Part shown: piece after piece, positions 26,551 through 40,511 of the stretch
Position numbering within the stretch: the stretch's first letter is position 1
Layout: each line of letters begins with the position of its first letter
Assembly: GCA_951406725.2 (NCBI GenBank)
Contig: OX597820.1
Span: 15,810,001-15,874,000 of the forward strand
Direction: 5' to 3'
DNA: 64,000 nt
DNA from: Octopus vulgaris
Taxonomy: Eukaryota
Position numbers and translations under genes: made by a program
The notes under the pieces: model-generated
The model's database searches: none
What the model was told of the DNA's origin: nothing
The model's input: the letters and a program-made list of their open reading frames with translations, nothing else

Positions 26551-26805
26551 TGTGGAGGCGCGTGGCTTAGTGGTTAGGGTGTCAGCATCACGATCGTAAG
26601 ATTGTGGTTTCGATTTCTGGTCTGAGCGACTCGTTGTATTCTTGAGCAAAACACTTCATTTCACGTTGCTCCAGTCCACTCAGCTGGCAAAAATGAGTAA
26701 CGCTCCGATGGACTGGCGTCCCGTCCAGCTGGGGAACACATACACCATTGAAACCAGGAAACCGGGTCCATGAGCCTGGCTAGGCTTTAAAAGGGGTGCA
26801 TTTAT
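26551..26805 (+). mobile_element. SINE C with alternative tail
   Basis: ggcgcgtggcttagtggttaggg head; tail gagcctggctaggctttaaaa; inverted partner at 28757-29005. Confidence 0.85.
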
Positions 26806-26963
26806 TTATTCATTATTATTACTATTGAGTCCGTAGAATATTCAACCTCTTCCAGCTGGGGAACACATACGCCATAGAAACCGAGCCCACGAGCCTGACT
26901 AGGCTTTAAAAAGGGCCCATTTATTGCGTGCACTGCTCTCTCACTCACTCAGCAATGATGATG

Positions 26964-27033
<70 letters not shown>

Positions 27034-27342
27034 GTTTAGTTTAATGGCCTACCAATGTATACTATGAGTTTCTTTGCCCTAGGAGTCGGGAAGACACCCG
27101 GCAAGAAATGGAAGCAAATTTGAAAGAAGAAGAAAACAAAAGATAATAATAATAATATACTACGGAGAGCTGAGTTACAGATTAAAATAACCGTCTAAGG
27201 GATAGAAGTTTCCATTACACTATCGGTTTATTACCTATATTTAACCATGGGCATACCCATGCAAACATATTATGCTCATAAGTTATAGGTAAAGACAAGG
27301 ATAACCATGGGTTTATCAAGAAACAAAATTTAAAGAAAACAG

Positions 27343-27572
27343 AAAATGGAGAAATATTGATGAACAACAATTAACTTACATTAATTATTATTTATTAATT
27401 CAATGCAAATAAACTGCATCCCACATGGTTTGGGGTTGAGTATCACTGAGTGGTACCTTGGGCAAGTGTTTTCTGCTATAGCCTTGGGCTGACCAAATAC
27501 AGTCTGTGTATTGAATGAATAAATAATAATTGATATAAGTCAATTGTTGTTCATCAATATTTCTCCATCTTT
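27343..27572. repeat. ~60 bp inverted repeat enclosing a SINE A fragment
   Basis: atggagaaatattgatgaacaacaatt.. / ..aattgttgttcatcaatatttctccat. Confidence 0.75.
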
Positions 27573-27871
27573 TTTTTAAATAATATACTACGGAAAGTAC
27601 TCTCCATCTAAAATGGAATAAATGTAGTGATAAGGCATAGCAAAACAAAAGTGCCCTTGATTCGCTTGGCCTCCGGAGGATGCCCGGTACTGAGGCAGCT
27701 GAAATAAAGTTAAAATAAAAGGAAACCATGAATGACAACAACAACAGCAACAACAAAAACAACAACAACAATAACAACAGTAGCAACAACAACAACAACA
27801 ATAATAACAACAATAATAATAACAATAATAATAATAACAATAATAACAATAATAATAATAATAATAATAAT

Positions 27872-28430
27872 AAATGCCCTGATGCAGTACCAGACAGTGG
27901 CTCTCATGGCTTCTGATCTTAACTGATTGGAAGTGTTATCATGTACATTGTTCTGTCTTGGTATAAAAGATGGGCTACAGCAAATATTCTGCTCAATACC
28001 ACAGATTTGCGTGTCAGTTGTTTGACCGTAACCAGTTGAGCATGTCCCTTAGTGGCTGACGATATGTGCATCTCTGATCACGAGCAGAAGTAGTGGGGGA
28101 GCATCATAGCCATGTGTTGAGAGGGATTCTTTGGGGTTTGAATAATTCACCTCTGGAAACATGGGTATTTCGTTCAACATCCTTAAACAACCCTTATTCA
28201 GGTACCTTTCGAGCGGGATGGGTTACTCGACCTGAAGAAAATTCTAACTGGGCTCCACCTGCAAGGTCATGTGCTGTTTATCTTGATATGAGATCACCAT
28301 GTCACGCACATATGGTTGTGATGCATGTGCCTAGTGTACCCTTATCAGACGGTTATCATGATGGGTATACTTGGCTTCGTATATTTTACCTCAGTGTCAC
28401 TTTGATGGCACGCACTGCTCTCTCACTCAA
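27872..28430 (+). mobile_element. ~560 bp non-coding element embedded in (TAA)n
   Basis: (TAA)n on both sides; paralog at 11770-12222; 3' stub at ~26925-26950; no tRNA boxes and no convincing ORF. Confidence 0.8.
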
Positions 28431-28756
28431 TAATAATAATAATAATAATTAGTATTGGAATCGATTCAACCAATTAAAATTAGTTCAAGGTCGTAGTATA
28501 ATAACTGAAATATATAAAGCATACAAGAAGATAAATATTTTTTAAAATATTAGACTCCTGCTCTCCTTGCTGCTCCCTTTCATGCCCCTTCATGTAAATA
28601 TCACAATATCTTTCAAATAGCTCTTGTATCGGTTTCTTTATTAAATATCCTCGTTGTTAGATAACTTGAACCATTTACTCATGGAATTGCAGTGGAAGCG
28701 GTTGAATATTCTACGGACTCAATAGTAATAATAATAAATAAATAAATAAATAAATA

Positions 28757-29005
28757 AATGCGCCCCTTTTAAAGCCTAGCCAGGCTCATGGACCCGGTTT
28801 CCTGGTTTCAATGGCGTATGTGTTCCCCAGCTGGACGAGACGCCAGTCCATCGCAGCGTTACTCATTTTTACCAGCTGAATGAACTGGAGCAACGTGAAA
28901 TGAAGCGTTTTGCTCAAGAACACAACGCGTCGCCCGGTCCAGGAATCGAAACCACAATCTTACGATCATGATTCTGACACCCTAATCACTAAGCTACGCG
29001 CCTCA
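28757..29005 (-). mobile_element. SINE C
   Basis: Reverse complement of 26551-26805. Confidence 0.85.
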
Positions 29006-30167
29006 ACCAATAGTAGTAAAACAATATTAAAATAAATTAATGGTTATGAAGCTTTTTGTAGTGCATGATAAGGACATCCTTGAACCGAAGCTACATTGTG
29101 TCTGAAGGGCTTCAACGCAGTTTCCGCCAACACCATTTTACAGACAAAACTTGAGAGTCAAATTGAAGCTATGATAAACAGAAGTCACGTGCCCAAGATG
29201 TCATATAGTGCGATCAACCTCGGCGATATGAGACGAGTGGGCGCAGCTGCTTGGAAGCTGACGGGTTGGCGCGGCTGACTAGACATTCAGCTTGTTTTAC
29301 CGGCAGTACATTTTGGCGCTGGAGGACAACGCATCACAGACACATACACGCACACACACAGACGCACGCACTCACACATACACGCACGAGCACACGCGTG
29401 CGCATGCGAAAATATACACACACAGAAAGAGTAATAGAGAGAAAGAGAGAGAGAGACTCGTTACCATGTTTTCTCTCTCATACTCATAAAGAAAACTATG
29501 CTCTCACACATCAACACAGAGAGGGGGAGAGGGAACTATGAGAGGGAGAGGAAAGTATGGGAGGGAGGGGTGAAGAGAGGGGAAGAAGAGAAAGCTGGAC
29601 AGAAAAGAGAGAGGGAAAGAGAGGGAGGGAGAAAACAAAAGAAACGTTGAAATGTCTGATGTCAAATAAGTCAACGTCGAATCAGTAACGCCAAATAGGC
29701 GGCGCCATAACTGCAATGCCAAAACGTCTCATAGCACACCTCGGGAACTCTTGATTAGAATGCGAACTTCTTAACCATCCAGCGATTCTTGCGCCAGCAA
29801 GTAATAATAGTTCCTAAGATACATCTCATTGACAATGGCATCATTTATAGACACAATAATGTCTATACACCCACTATCATATTTCAATAAATAAGTTCGT
29901 TAAAAAACAGAAAGACAAAACCCAAAAAAAAAGCAACAAAAAAAATACACGACTGTTAGCAGTTATAGTCATAGCGGTAGATATATATATATTCTACTAA
30001 AGTGGTTTAATATACTTGGAGAGAGAGAAAGAAAGAGAGAGAGAGAAAGAGGGAGAGAGAGAGAGAGAATGCTTTTTTCTTCATTTCTAAGGACTTTAAA
30101 TCTCTTCATAGTTGTTAATGGCCAGAGGCGTACGTGTTCGGATTCGTATCGACACATCTGAAACAGA

Positions 30168-31432
<1,265 letters not shown>

Positions 31433-31749
31433 GTGGTAGTAGTAGTAGTAATATTCGCAGTATTTGTAGTGGTGGTGGTTGTAGAGGTGGAAGTGGTGGC
31501 TGTAACATCGTCGGCGTCATCATCATCAACATGACCATCATGATGACCACGATCATCACGATCATCATCATCGCCACCATCACCATCACCATAATGATGA
31601 TGATGTTGATCATCTTCGTCATCGTCGTCATTATGTGTCTTAATTTTTTTTACACTTCATAAACAATTGCCATTGGACGATTTTTCAATTTACGCGCGCG
31701 CGCGCACACACACTCACACACACGCGCGCACATACATGCGCACACATAT

Positions 31750-32129
31750 ATAGTCTCTCAGACACATAAAAATCCACACGCACATACATACACACCCACA
31801 CACAAACACACACACACACACACACTCTTAAACTACACATAAACACACACACACACAGTCTCTAAGACACATAAAAATCCACACACACACACATACACGC
31901 GCACACATACACGCGCATACATACACGCGCACACATACACGCGCACACATACACGCGCACACATACACGCGCACACATACACGCGCACACATACACGCGT
32001 ACACGTATATAGTCTCTCAGACACATAAAAATCCACACGCATATACATACACACCCACACACAAACACATACACACACACTCTTAAACTACACTTATACA
32101 CAAACACAGTCTCTAAGACACATAAAAAT

Positions 32130-32174
<45 letters not shown>

Positions 32175-32432
32175 TAAACTACACATATACACACACACAG
32201 TCTCTAAGACACATAAAAATCCACACACACACACACACACACACTCTTAAACTACACATATACACACACACACACTCTTAAACTACACATATACACACAC
32301 ACACAGTCTCTAAGACACATAAAAATCCACACACACACACACACTCTTAAACTACACATAAACACACACACAGAGTCTCTCTCTAAAACACATAAAAATA
32401 CACACACACACACACACACACATACACTCTTA
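31750..32432. repeat. Compound minisatellite: agtctctaagacacataaaaatcc-(CA)n-ctcttaaactacac units
   Basis: About 7 variable-length units with conserved anchor motifs. Confidence 0.9.
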
Positions 32433-32835
32433 AGAGCATACATACACATCGTATATGCGTAATTGTTACATTTCCGCGTAGGCACGTTCGCGCGCACGCG
32501 CACCGTGTGTGTGTATGGTGACGTCTCTGGTGCAATCAGATGTAAACAAGCAAACAAACAAAGAGACAAAAACAAATAAACAAAAAATACAAATAAATAA
32601 ATAAATAGGCAAAGCCGGATATTCCAGGACAATCAGATGATACTAAACGGCGCAGTCGTCTTTATGGAATGTTCCGTTTATTACTAAATATATATTTTGA
32701 AAAATGATAGCAATGACAAAAACACAGAAAGGAGTTTAGATATAAATAAGGAAAATACTGTCAAAACACAGGATCCATTGTTAGAGACTGGAGTTGTCTT
32801 ACACCTACTTACTTCTTCTTATGTGTGTATGTATG

Positions 32836-32918
<83 letters not shown>

Positions 32919-32952
32919 TACATATGTATATATGTATATATATATATGTATA

Positions 32953-32996
<44 letters not shown>

Positions 32997-33016
32997 TACA
33001 TACATACATATACATT

Positions 33017-33165
33017 GTGTGGTAAGTAGCTTGTTTACCAACCACATGGTTCCGGGTTCAGTCCCACTGCCTGGCACCTTGGTCAAGTGTCTTCTACTAT
33101 AGCCTCAGGCCGACCAAAGCCTTGTGAGTGGATTTGTTAGACGGAAACTGAAAGAAGCCCGTCGT

Positions 33166-33217
<52 letters not shown>

Positions 33218-33430
33218 TCGTGTGTCTGTGTTTGTCCCCCTAGCATTGCTTGACAACCGATGCTGGTGTGTTTATGTCCCCGTTACTTAGCGGTTCGGCA
33301 AAAGAGACCGATAGAATAAGTACTGGGCTTACAAAAGAATAAGTCCTGGGGTCGAGATGCTCGATTAAAGGCGGTGCTCCAGCATGGCCGCAGTCAAATG
33401 ACTGAAACAAGTAAAAGAGTAAAAGAGTAT
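33017..33430 (+). mobile_element. SINE A, young near-full-length copy
   Basis: Complete body; tail ends in (gtaaaaga) repeats; inverted tail stub at ~33444-33490. Confidence 0.9.
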
Positions 33431-33491
33431 ATATTTTTTTTTTCTTTTACTTGTTTCAGTCATTCGACTGCGGCCATGCTGGAGCACCGCA

Positions 33492-33538
<47 letters not shown>

Positions 33539-33703
33539 CAGTCGTAGTAAGAAGCTTGCTTCCCAACCACATGGTTCCGGGTTCAGTTCCTCTGCGCGGC
33601 ACCTTGGGCAAGTTTCTGGTAATATAGCCTCGGGACGATCAAAGGCTTGTGAGTGGATTTGGTAGACAGAAACTGAAAGAACCCTTCAGTCATGTCGTGT
33701 GTG

Positions 33704-33773
<70 letters not shown>

Positions 33774-34240
33774 CATTCAGATGTTATAGAAATATACACG
33801 ATATAATTTGAAGTATTATTGTTTTAATACTTATTCGCATTGTCATTAGACTGCGGCCATTCTGGAGCACCACCTTGAAGAATTTTAGTCGAACGAGTCG
33901 ACCCCTGTATTTGGATTTGTTTTTTTGGTTTTTTTTTTTTTGAAAGCTTGGTACTTATTCTATCGGCCTCTTTTGCCGAGCCCCTAAGTCACGGGGAAGT
34001 AAGCAGGCCAACCACAGCAACACTGGCTGTGAATCGGCAGTGTGTACATGCACAAGGACACATACATGCATACATACATGCATACATACATGCATGCATG
34101 CATATATTATTATTATCTCCCTTTCATTCAGCCTCTTTCTTCTGGTCATTTCATCATGTTCAACCGTTAATCCATACACATTTCTTTTCTCTTTCCGTTT
34201 TTTTTCTCATTATCTCTCCCTTTCCCCACCCTCGTAATCC

Positions 34241-34275
34241 TTTCTGTTGGAGAGCGTAGGCTCGAAACGTGAAAA
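34241..34275 (+). ncRNA. Degenerate hammerhead motif (H1-related)
   Basis: TTT-CTGTTGG-A-GAGC-gtag-GCTC-GAAACGTG-AAA. Confidence 0.4.
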
Positions 34276-34472
34276 AACTTTTTCATTCTTCCTCAGCGTT
34301 AAACTAATACACCTGCTTGTTGTTCCTACACCTGTCTTCATCTTTATTTTTCTATAAATTTGAATTATATATATATATCATTTTTGTAATCAGTGGATTT
34401 ATTTCAATAGACTTCTTATATGCTTATAAAGGCTAGACAGGCATCTCCCATGCTACTAGCAGGCCATGCTAC

Positions 34473-34515
34473 TCCAGACTGATGGCGAGCAATGACTCAG
34501 AAACTAATCTCTGGA
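34473..34515 (+). ncRNA. Type I hammerhead ribozyme-like motif (family H2)
   Basis: TCCAGA-CTGATGG-CGAG-caatga-CTCA-GAAA-CTAA-TC-TCTGGA; perfect 6 bp stem I; A9G and stem III substitutions. Confidence 0.6.
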
Positions 34516-34725
34516 TGCAGGCTTAGCTTGGTGGGGGTGCTTGTCTCCCCCTTGTAAACATAGGGACACAGGAAATGTATCAAGGCCGACAGGAAACGTT
34601 GATGTTTCCTAGGGCTAAATAGCAGTGCTGTGATTCCCTTCATGGGACTATCACATTAAGTTAACAGTATACAACTACTCTATCGTACCACTACTGCTTA
34701 AATCTCTCTGAGATATTTAGAAATG

Positions 34726-34781
<56 letters not shown>

Positions 34782-35717
34782 CCGTGATCACCGTGACCGA
34801 CCAGGCTATCAGATGTTGTTACACATGGCTGGTCACAGCATTGTTTTAGCCTTCAAATGACGCCACCCCGCTGGCTAAGCGAGCAGGCCATATATATATA
34901 TATATGACGTGCTTCTTTCAGTTTCCGTCTACCTAATCTACCCACAAATCTTCCGTCGGTCCGAGGCTATAGTAGGAGACACTTGCCCAAGGTGCCACGC
35001 AGAGAGACTGAACCCGGAACCTTGTGGCTGGGGAAGCAAGTTTCTTTCTAGACAGCCACGCCTGCGCCTCTCTTTCCGCAGTTACTTTATTGAACGTTGA
35101 AGGATGAAAGGCGAAATGGACAGCAGTGATTCAACTGAGAACTAAGAAAATAAATGATGCAAAGAATTTTGTCCGATTCTGCACGATTCTGTCTATCGCA
35201 TTTGCCTTAAGTTTAGCTATTAAATTATAGTAATTTTATGTTAACCTCGTATGGAAACGGCGAATCCATTAGCATGGTCCGCTTTGTTTCAAATGTATAC
35301 ATGTATTCGCTATAAATGAATACCTCTATTTAACAGATCACCGAAAGGTCAAGCAGTTGACTTATTTGTTCGTATTACTTCGCTTAGTCTATAAATAGAA
35401 GCTTGAAAGAGCAAATTGGATAAAATGTCATCATTGTATAAGCGTTATATAACAAGGAACAGATTTCACGATTTTATCGAGTCGCAACCAAATCAAATGA
35501 AAACAAACAGGCAAGACCAGAATTGCGTATGTACAAGACAATAAAACAATACAATTTCAAAATTTGATGCATCTTGATATACGACGGTGGGCGGAAAGCT
35601 TCGTAGGCTGACTATGAAGAAATGGTGAAATCCTGCACGTATTAATTTCAGCCCTTCCTATTAATAATAAATGATGCTGACATCCTAACGATTAAGCCAC
35701 GCGCCTCCACTAACAAT

Positions 35718-35932
35718 AAATGCGCCCTTTTAAAGCCTAGCCAGGCTCATGGGCCCGGTTTCCCGGTTTCTATGGCGTATGTGTTCCCCAGCTGGATAGG
35801 ACGCCAGTCCATCGCAGCGTTACTTATTTTTGCCAGCTGAGTGGACTGGAGCAACGTGAAATGAAGTGTTTTGCTCAAGAACACAACGCGTCGCCTGGTC
35901 CAGGAATCGAAACCACAATCTTACGATCATGA
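35718..35932 (-). mobile_element. SINE C
   Basis: Matches 28757-29005. Confidence 0.85.
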
Positions 35933-36423
35933 CGCCCTCCACCCTCCTATTAATAGCTGCATTATTTCTTTCCCGGTAAACAATCATATGACTGCTCCAA
36001 GAAGACTAGAAAAGTAACTAGTGGCGACTTCTTGAAATGGATATAATTTGGCATCGTGGTGTTATTAAGTCCCTGCAAAAAAAAAAAAAAATGGTTTAGC
36101 CTCCCAGGACATTCAGGCTGACATGGTTGCTACAAATTGAATGCCTTAAACTGCTCAAGGTCTCCCACAATATCCTGAACTTAATACAAAACTCAATGGC
36201 AACATGGCGAACTGAACTCACAGCATGGGAAGATTAGCTGGGGGAGGGGTTTGCTACAAAAGGGAATGATGCTCCAGCTTTATCAACGGTACAAAAGAGG
36301 TTAGCAGAATTTAGGAGGGGAAGGGAGATGATCTAAGGTCTTGCAACTGCCACCACCGAGGAAAATATTAATCATGTTCAGCACATGGTGATGGATGATT
36401 GGTGATTGACTATAAATCTAATA

Positions 36424-36897
36424 TAGTTCTTTACTACCCACAAGGGGCTAAACATAGAAGGGACAAACAAGGACAGACAAACGGATTAAGTCGATTAGAT
36501 CGACCCCGGTGCGTAACTGGTACTTATTTAATCGACTCCGAAAGGATGAAAAGCAAAGTCGACTTCGGCAGAATTTGAACTCAGAACGTAGCGACAGACG
36601 AAATACTGCTAAGCATTTCGCCCGGTGTGCTAACGTTTCCGCCAGCTCGCCACCTTTTGACTATAAATCTAATATATTTTTTTTACTACCCACAAGGGGC
36701 TAAACACAGAAGGACAGACAAGCGGATTAAGTCGATTACATCAACCCCAGTGCGTAACTGGTACTTAATTTATCGATCCCGAAAGGATGAAAGGCAAAGT
36801 CGACCTCGGCGGAATTTGAACTCAGAACGCCGCGGCGGACGAAATACCGCAAAGCATTTCGCCCGGCGTGCTATCGATTCTGCCAGCTCACCGCCTT
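36424..36897 (-). mobile_element. Two full SINE B copies bounded by three copies of an 18 bp TSD
   Basis: TTGACTATAAATCTAATA at 36406, 36657 and 36898. Confidence 0.9.
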
Positions 36898-37039
36898 TTG
36901 ACTATAAATCTAATAGCCAACGCTATTAGCTTATCTGGTGAGAGAGTTGAGAATATTCTGCACAATGAACCTGGCATGACGAAGGTTTCCACTCACAAAC
37001 TATGCTATACTGTTGTTGATGTTATTGTTGCTGTTTTTC

Positions 37040-37373
37040 CACAGGGAGACCCCTTTCGGTCATGAATGATTGCACCTAGGAAGTTACCCTCCTAGACACA
37101 AGTCCGAGCAAGGTTGTTTATGGAAGGCCAGCAGTCGCCCATGCAGACCAGCCTCCCATCTCCACATCACCGATGTTATCCAAGGGAAAGGCAAAGACCG
37201 ATACAGTCTGACACTTGTGACGTCACAACTCATTTCTACAGCTGAGTGAACTGAAGCAACGTGAAATTAAGTGTCTTGCACGAGAACACAACACGCAGCC
37301 TGGTCCGGGAATCGAACTCACAAACTCACGATCGTAAGCTCGACGCTCTAACCACTGAGCCATGCGCCTTCAC
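37040..37373 (-). mobile_element. SINE C-type head with a third tail type
   Basis: gaaggcgcatggctcagtggttag..gagttcgattcc; tail differs from the other C copies. Confidence 0.75.
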
Positions 37374-37749
37374 TCTTCAACACGTATACTTTAATCAAAC
37401 AGAACTATCAACAAAGATGTTCCAGCCGTGACCATACCATATTTTGTGCCTAACACTTCAATGTCCAATGCATCTGTCCTTTTAAGACCGCAGGATTTGA
37501 ACTGAGTGAATTTTGTTCTGATATCTTTATTCTCTCTCAGATAATTTACTCTTCATAATTGCACGATTCACTTAGTTTAAAACTGGTTTTCAACCCCTTT
37601 TGCATATGGGCACCCTTAATTTCTGTTTCACTCAGGTGGACCCTCACAACCATTCCATACTTTAGAAAATCTTACTATATTTTAATAATTAAATTTTATT
37701 TGGAATTGTATTTGAAAATTGTTAAAATATTTTGTAACTGTGCCACTGC

Positions 37750-39210
37750 GCAGATGATTAGCAAAGATATTTGGGTCAAGAAATGTGGTGTAAGGATTCT
37801 CAAAAGGATGAGTAAAAGCCATGGGATCAAGCTGGAAAGTGGTGAAACTATAAAGGAAATAGGAGAGGAAGGATATAAGTACCTGGGTATCATTGAAAGA
37901 GATCAGATGAATGAACACAAGATGAAAGAAGTGTACAGGAAAGAGTATTTGAGGAGAACTCGGCTTGTGCTCCAGTCGAAGCTAAATGGCCGCTTTAAGG
38001 TTAGAGCAATTAACACGTGGGCGTTTGCTTTGATGTGATATGGGGCAGGAATAGTATCTTGGAAGAAGAATGAATTACAAGAAACAGAGCAGAGAACATG
38101 TAAATTAATGACAATGAACAAGGAACTACATCCCAAGAGTGATGTGGCAAGATTGTATGTAAATAGGAAAGAAGGAAAGCGAGGATTGTTGTGTTATGAA
38201 GGTTGTGTAAGGGAAGAGGAGAATAGCCTGGCTTGGTATGCCAAGGGGAGTAAAGAAGAAATGATTGAAGAAGTAGAAATGCAGGGAACCTTAAAAGTGA
38301 ACGAAGCCGTAGATCCAACACGATTTAAGAAAGACCAGAGGGAGCAGATGAAGAAAATTTGGCAGGACAAGAAAATTCACAGTCAGTTCTTGAAAAATAA
38401 AGATGAGATTGATTGGAATAGAACCTGGCAATGGCTGCAGAAAGGCGACTTAAAAGGGCCCAAGGAGGCATTAGTGTGCAGCGCTCAAGAACAAGCTCTC
38501 AGAAACAAACTACTCCAAATATCACATTGATAAAAGCACTGACTCGCCACGGTGTAGGATGTGCTCTGAGAAGGGAGAAAGTATAAACCATATTGTTAGT
38601 GAGTTCTGTCAGCTCGCACAACGCGAATACAAAAGGAGACATGACAATGTGGCCAGATATGCCCAGTGGTCATTGTGCAGTAAAACAAACCTCGAGAGAG
38701 CCGAACAATGGTATGAACACAAGCCAGAGGGAGTAATGGAAAACGAAAATTACAAAATTCTCTATGATTTTAACATAAAGTGTGACCAAGTCATAGAGGC
38801 GAGATGGCCAGATATCGTGATCATCCATAAAGATAAAAAAAAGAAGCAAAGATAATAGATGTTGCACTGCCAGACGATTCGAAGGTGAAATGTAAGGAAA
38901 CAGAAAAGAGTGAGAAATACCAGCCACTGCGGGACGAGATAGGAAAGTTATGGGGCATGAGGAAAGTAATGGTGATACCGGTGGTAACTGGAGCATTGGG
39001 AGCAGTTTCCAAGAGCATTGAAAAATATTAAAAATATTGGGGCTTCTGTCAAACTAGAAGTGATCCAGAAGACAGCATTGTTAGGTACAGCTCGCATTCT
39101 AAGGAGAGTATTGTCTCTTTGAGACAATACTTGAAACCTTTGGTAGTTTGTTATTGCCTGCTTTCAAGTAAAGAACAATCGGAAATTAAGAACTATCCGA
39201 GAATCTCTCA
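37750..39210 (+). mobile_element. R4/Dong-like non-LTR retrotransposon (RT C-terminus, zinc knuckle, restriction-like endonuclease), 5'-truncated
   Basis: YKYLG, RLYVNRKEGKRGL, AQEQAL, CRMC..ESINHIVS, YKRRHD, PDIVI..IIDVA, EKYQPL; followed by (AAC)n/(AAT)n to 39430. Confidence 0.88.
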
Positions 39211-39211
39211 G

Positions 39212-39280
<69 letters not shown>

Positions 39281-39302
39281 AATAATGATGATAATAATGA
39301 TG

Positions 39303-39372
<70 letters not shown>

Positions 39373-39429
39373 TGATGATGATGATAATAATAAAAATAAA
39401 AATAATAATAATAATAATAATAATAATAA

Positions 39430-39645
39430 TCCTTTCTATTATAGGCACAAGGCCTGAAATTTGGGGGACGGGGTGTAGTCGATTACATTGATCCCAGTAC
39501 TCAACTGTTACTTAATTTATCGACCCAGAAAGGATGAAAAATAAATTCGACCTCGGCGCAATTTGAACTCAGAACGTAAAGACGGACGAAATGCCGCTAA
39601 GCATTTTTCTCGGCGTGCTAACGATTCAGCCAGCTCGCCGCCTTA
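39430..39645 (-). mobile_element. SINE B monomer (alternative tail)
   Basis: Head ggcggcgagctggc; tail ggccttgtgcctataatagaaagg. Confidence 0.85.
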
Positions 39646-40100
39646 CATAAGTTTAATAATGACGGCTGTTTCGCTAAATTCTTCGAATTGATCGAATCAC
39701 AAACACCGTGTGGTGAATCTCAGTAGAAATATAACAGCGAAAGAGTTAATGCCAAGCAACACAGTGGTACCGCGTACTTCCAGCTGCTAACTCACCGCTG
39801 GAGACAGATGACCCCACAAGGCACTTCCAACTCTTAAAGTCGTCGGCGAAATGTTGCCTACATCACGCGTTCATCCATTCTCATGACTCAAGCAAATAAA
39901 CATCTCCTCCACCTCATGTACAGTTTGTCTCTGAAGTGTGTGCACGTGCACTAAAGTGTATGTGTGTTTGTATGGGTGTTAGAGTGTACACACAGACAGA
40001 CAGACAGACACACACACACACACATATCTTCGCGCGCATATATCTTCGTTTCGTTTGTAATTCAAAACAACAGGAAAAGTACTTCATACATGCAGTAGAG

Positions 40101-40150
<50 letters not shown>

Positions 40151-40244
40151 CTTTTATTGCTTACTTGCTTCAGCTATTTGCCTGCAGCCATGCTGGGGCA
40201 CCGCTTTGAAGGGTTTTAGTCGAACAAATTAACCCCAGGATATG

Positions 40245-40400
40245 AGGAGTGGCTGTGTGGTAAGTAGCTTGCTTCCCAACCACATAGTTCCGAGTTCAGT
40301 CCCACTGTGTGATACCTTGGGCAAGTGTCTTCTACAAAAGCCTCGGACAGTCCAAAGCCTTGTGTGTGGATTTGGTAGACGGAAACTGAAAGAAGCTCCT
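40245..40400 (+). mobile_element. SINE A 5' half (a matching 3' half lies at ~43105-43298)
   Basis: Head ends in a microsatellite. Confidence 0.8.
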
Positions 40401-40433
40401 CATATATATACGCGTGTGTGTGTGCGCGCATGT

Positions 40434-40490
<57 letters not shown>

Positions 40491-40511
40491 TGTGTGTGTG
40501 ATGTGTGTTTG

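Larger units (their letters stand above)
33840..35070 (-). mobile_element. SINE A split by insertions into its internal microsatellite
   Basis: Tail 33840-34040 and head 34905-35070, same strand; two hammerhead elements and a SINE D tail lie between. Confidence 0.6.
35580..36992 (+). pseudogene. mariner 5' end/N-terminal transposase remnant interrupted by SINEs
   Basis: HRGVIKSLQK..QDIQADMVAT..APALSTVQK..EFRRGR..TEENINHV..LTINLIANAISLSGERVENILHNE. Confidence 0.7.

Noticed and set aside
27665-27725. Hammerhead-like CGGAGGA-TGCC..GGCA..GAAA
   Set aside because: Core mismatch, spacer before GAAA, and no credible stem I or cleavage triplet.
31750-32432. CRISPR-like repeat-spacer pattern
   Set aside because: Spacers are (CA)n of variable length; no cas genes.
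39790-39895. Minus-strand donor CG|GTGAGT suggesting an exon
   Set aside because: No good acceptor and stops in the upstream frames.
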